DNA of 62,926 bases from positions 1-62,926 of the IMG/VR virus record IMGVR_UViG_3300045008_000062; one strand, written 5' to 3'. Below, piece after piece: positions 62,716 through 62,926 of this stretch (positions are counted from its first letter, which is position 1; the number at the start of each line of letters is the position of its first letter). The DNA is from a virus. Its lineage: Duplodnaviria; Caudoviricetes. The translations under genes and the position numbers were made by a program. The notes below the pieces were generated by a model. The model did no database searches. It had not been told where the DNA came from and saw only the letters and a list, made by a program, of their open reading frames with translations.

Positions 62716-62926
62716 TGGCGGGCAAGGACCCCAGGCTGTTCATCAAAGTGATGCTGGACTTCGCGGAAAACGAGAAGATCCTGCCGCTGTCGGATGCCGC
62801 TTTCCGGGCGCTGATCGAGATGACTCTTTGGTCGCGCGCGAGGGAGTCTGACGGGTGGCTAGCGAGTCGCTTAGCTCTCGCTAAGTGGTCGCCAGAAATT
62901 TTGCATGAACTGAGCACGAACCACCC
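62715..62926 (+). CDS. RepA-like replication initiator, N-terminal part (runs off the window end)
   Basis: TGATG overlap; 'F.ENEKILPLSDAAFRALIE...WS.....DG'. Confidence 0.8.
   Translation, partial: MAGKDPRLFIKVMLDFAENEKILPLSDAAFRALIEMTLWSRARESDGWLASRLALAKWSPEILHELSTNH

Overview
The window looks like an essentially complete, circularly permuted genome (~62.9 kb) of a temperate, high-GC siphovirus infecting a mycolic-acid actinomycete, most likely Mycobacterium (Lysin B, PE-PPE-type hydrolase, DUF732-like proteins, WhiB). It is opened inside the replication-initiator gene: the last 212 nt and first 550 nt join in frame. Gene order: small early/replication genes (1-9.5 kb), methyltransferase plus two glycosyltransferases with an inserted HNH (9.5-12.5 kb), HNH/probable cos/terminase, head and tail genes (13.4-39.4 kb), lysis (39.7-43.2 kb), three tRNAs with structured RNA and a small-gene array (43.9-45.8 kb), attP (3' end of tRNA-Ala), HNH and tyrosine integrase, repressor/Cro switch, then the early lytic operon (antirepressor, excisionase, WhiB, Sak4-like ATPase, C5 DNA methyltransferase). 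The most unusual signals are: (1) five unrelated small genes joined by a conserved RBS/stop/start junction repeat behind the tRNAs; (2) a 142-aa mini-intein in a minor tail protein carrying both Cys1 and the class-3 W-C-T signature; (3) a nested alternative-frame ORF with its own RBS inside the DNA methyltransferase; (4) an antisense RHH-HNH cassette with a palindromic operator inside the tail operon; (5) a +1-frame tail chaperone frameshift; (6) a tail fibre with a degenerate polysaccharide deacetylase domain. All calls come from motif reading and gene context; no database searches were run.
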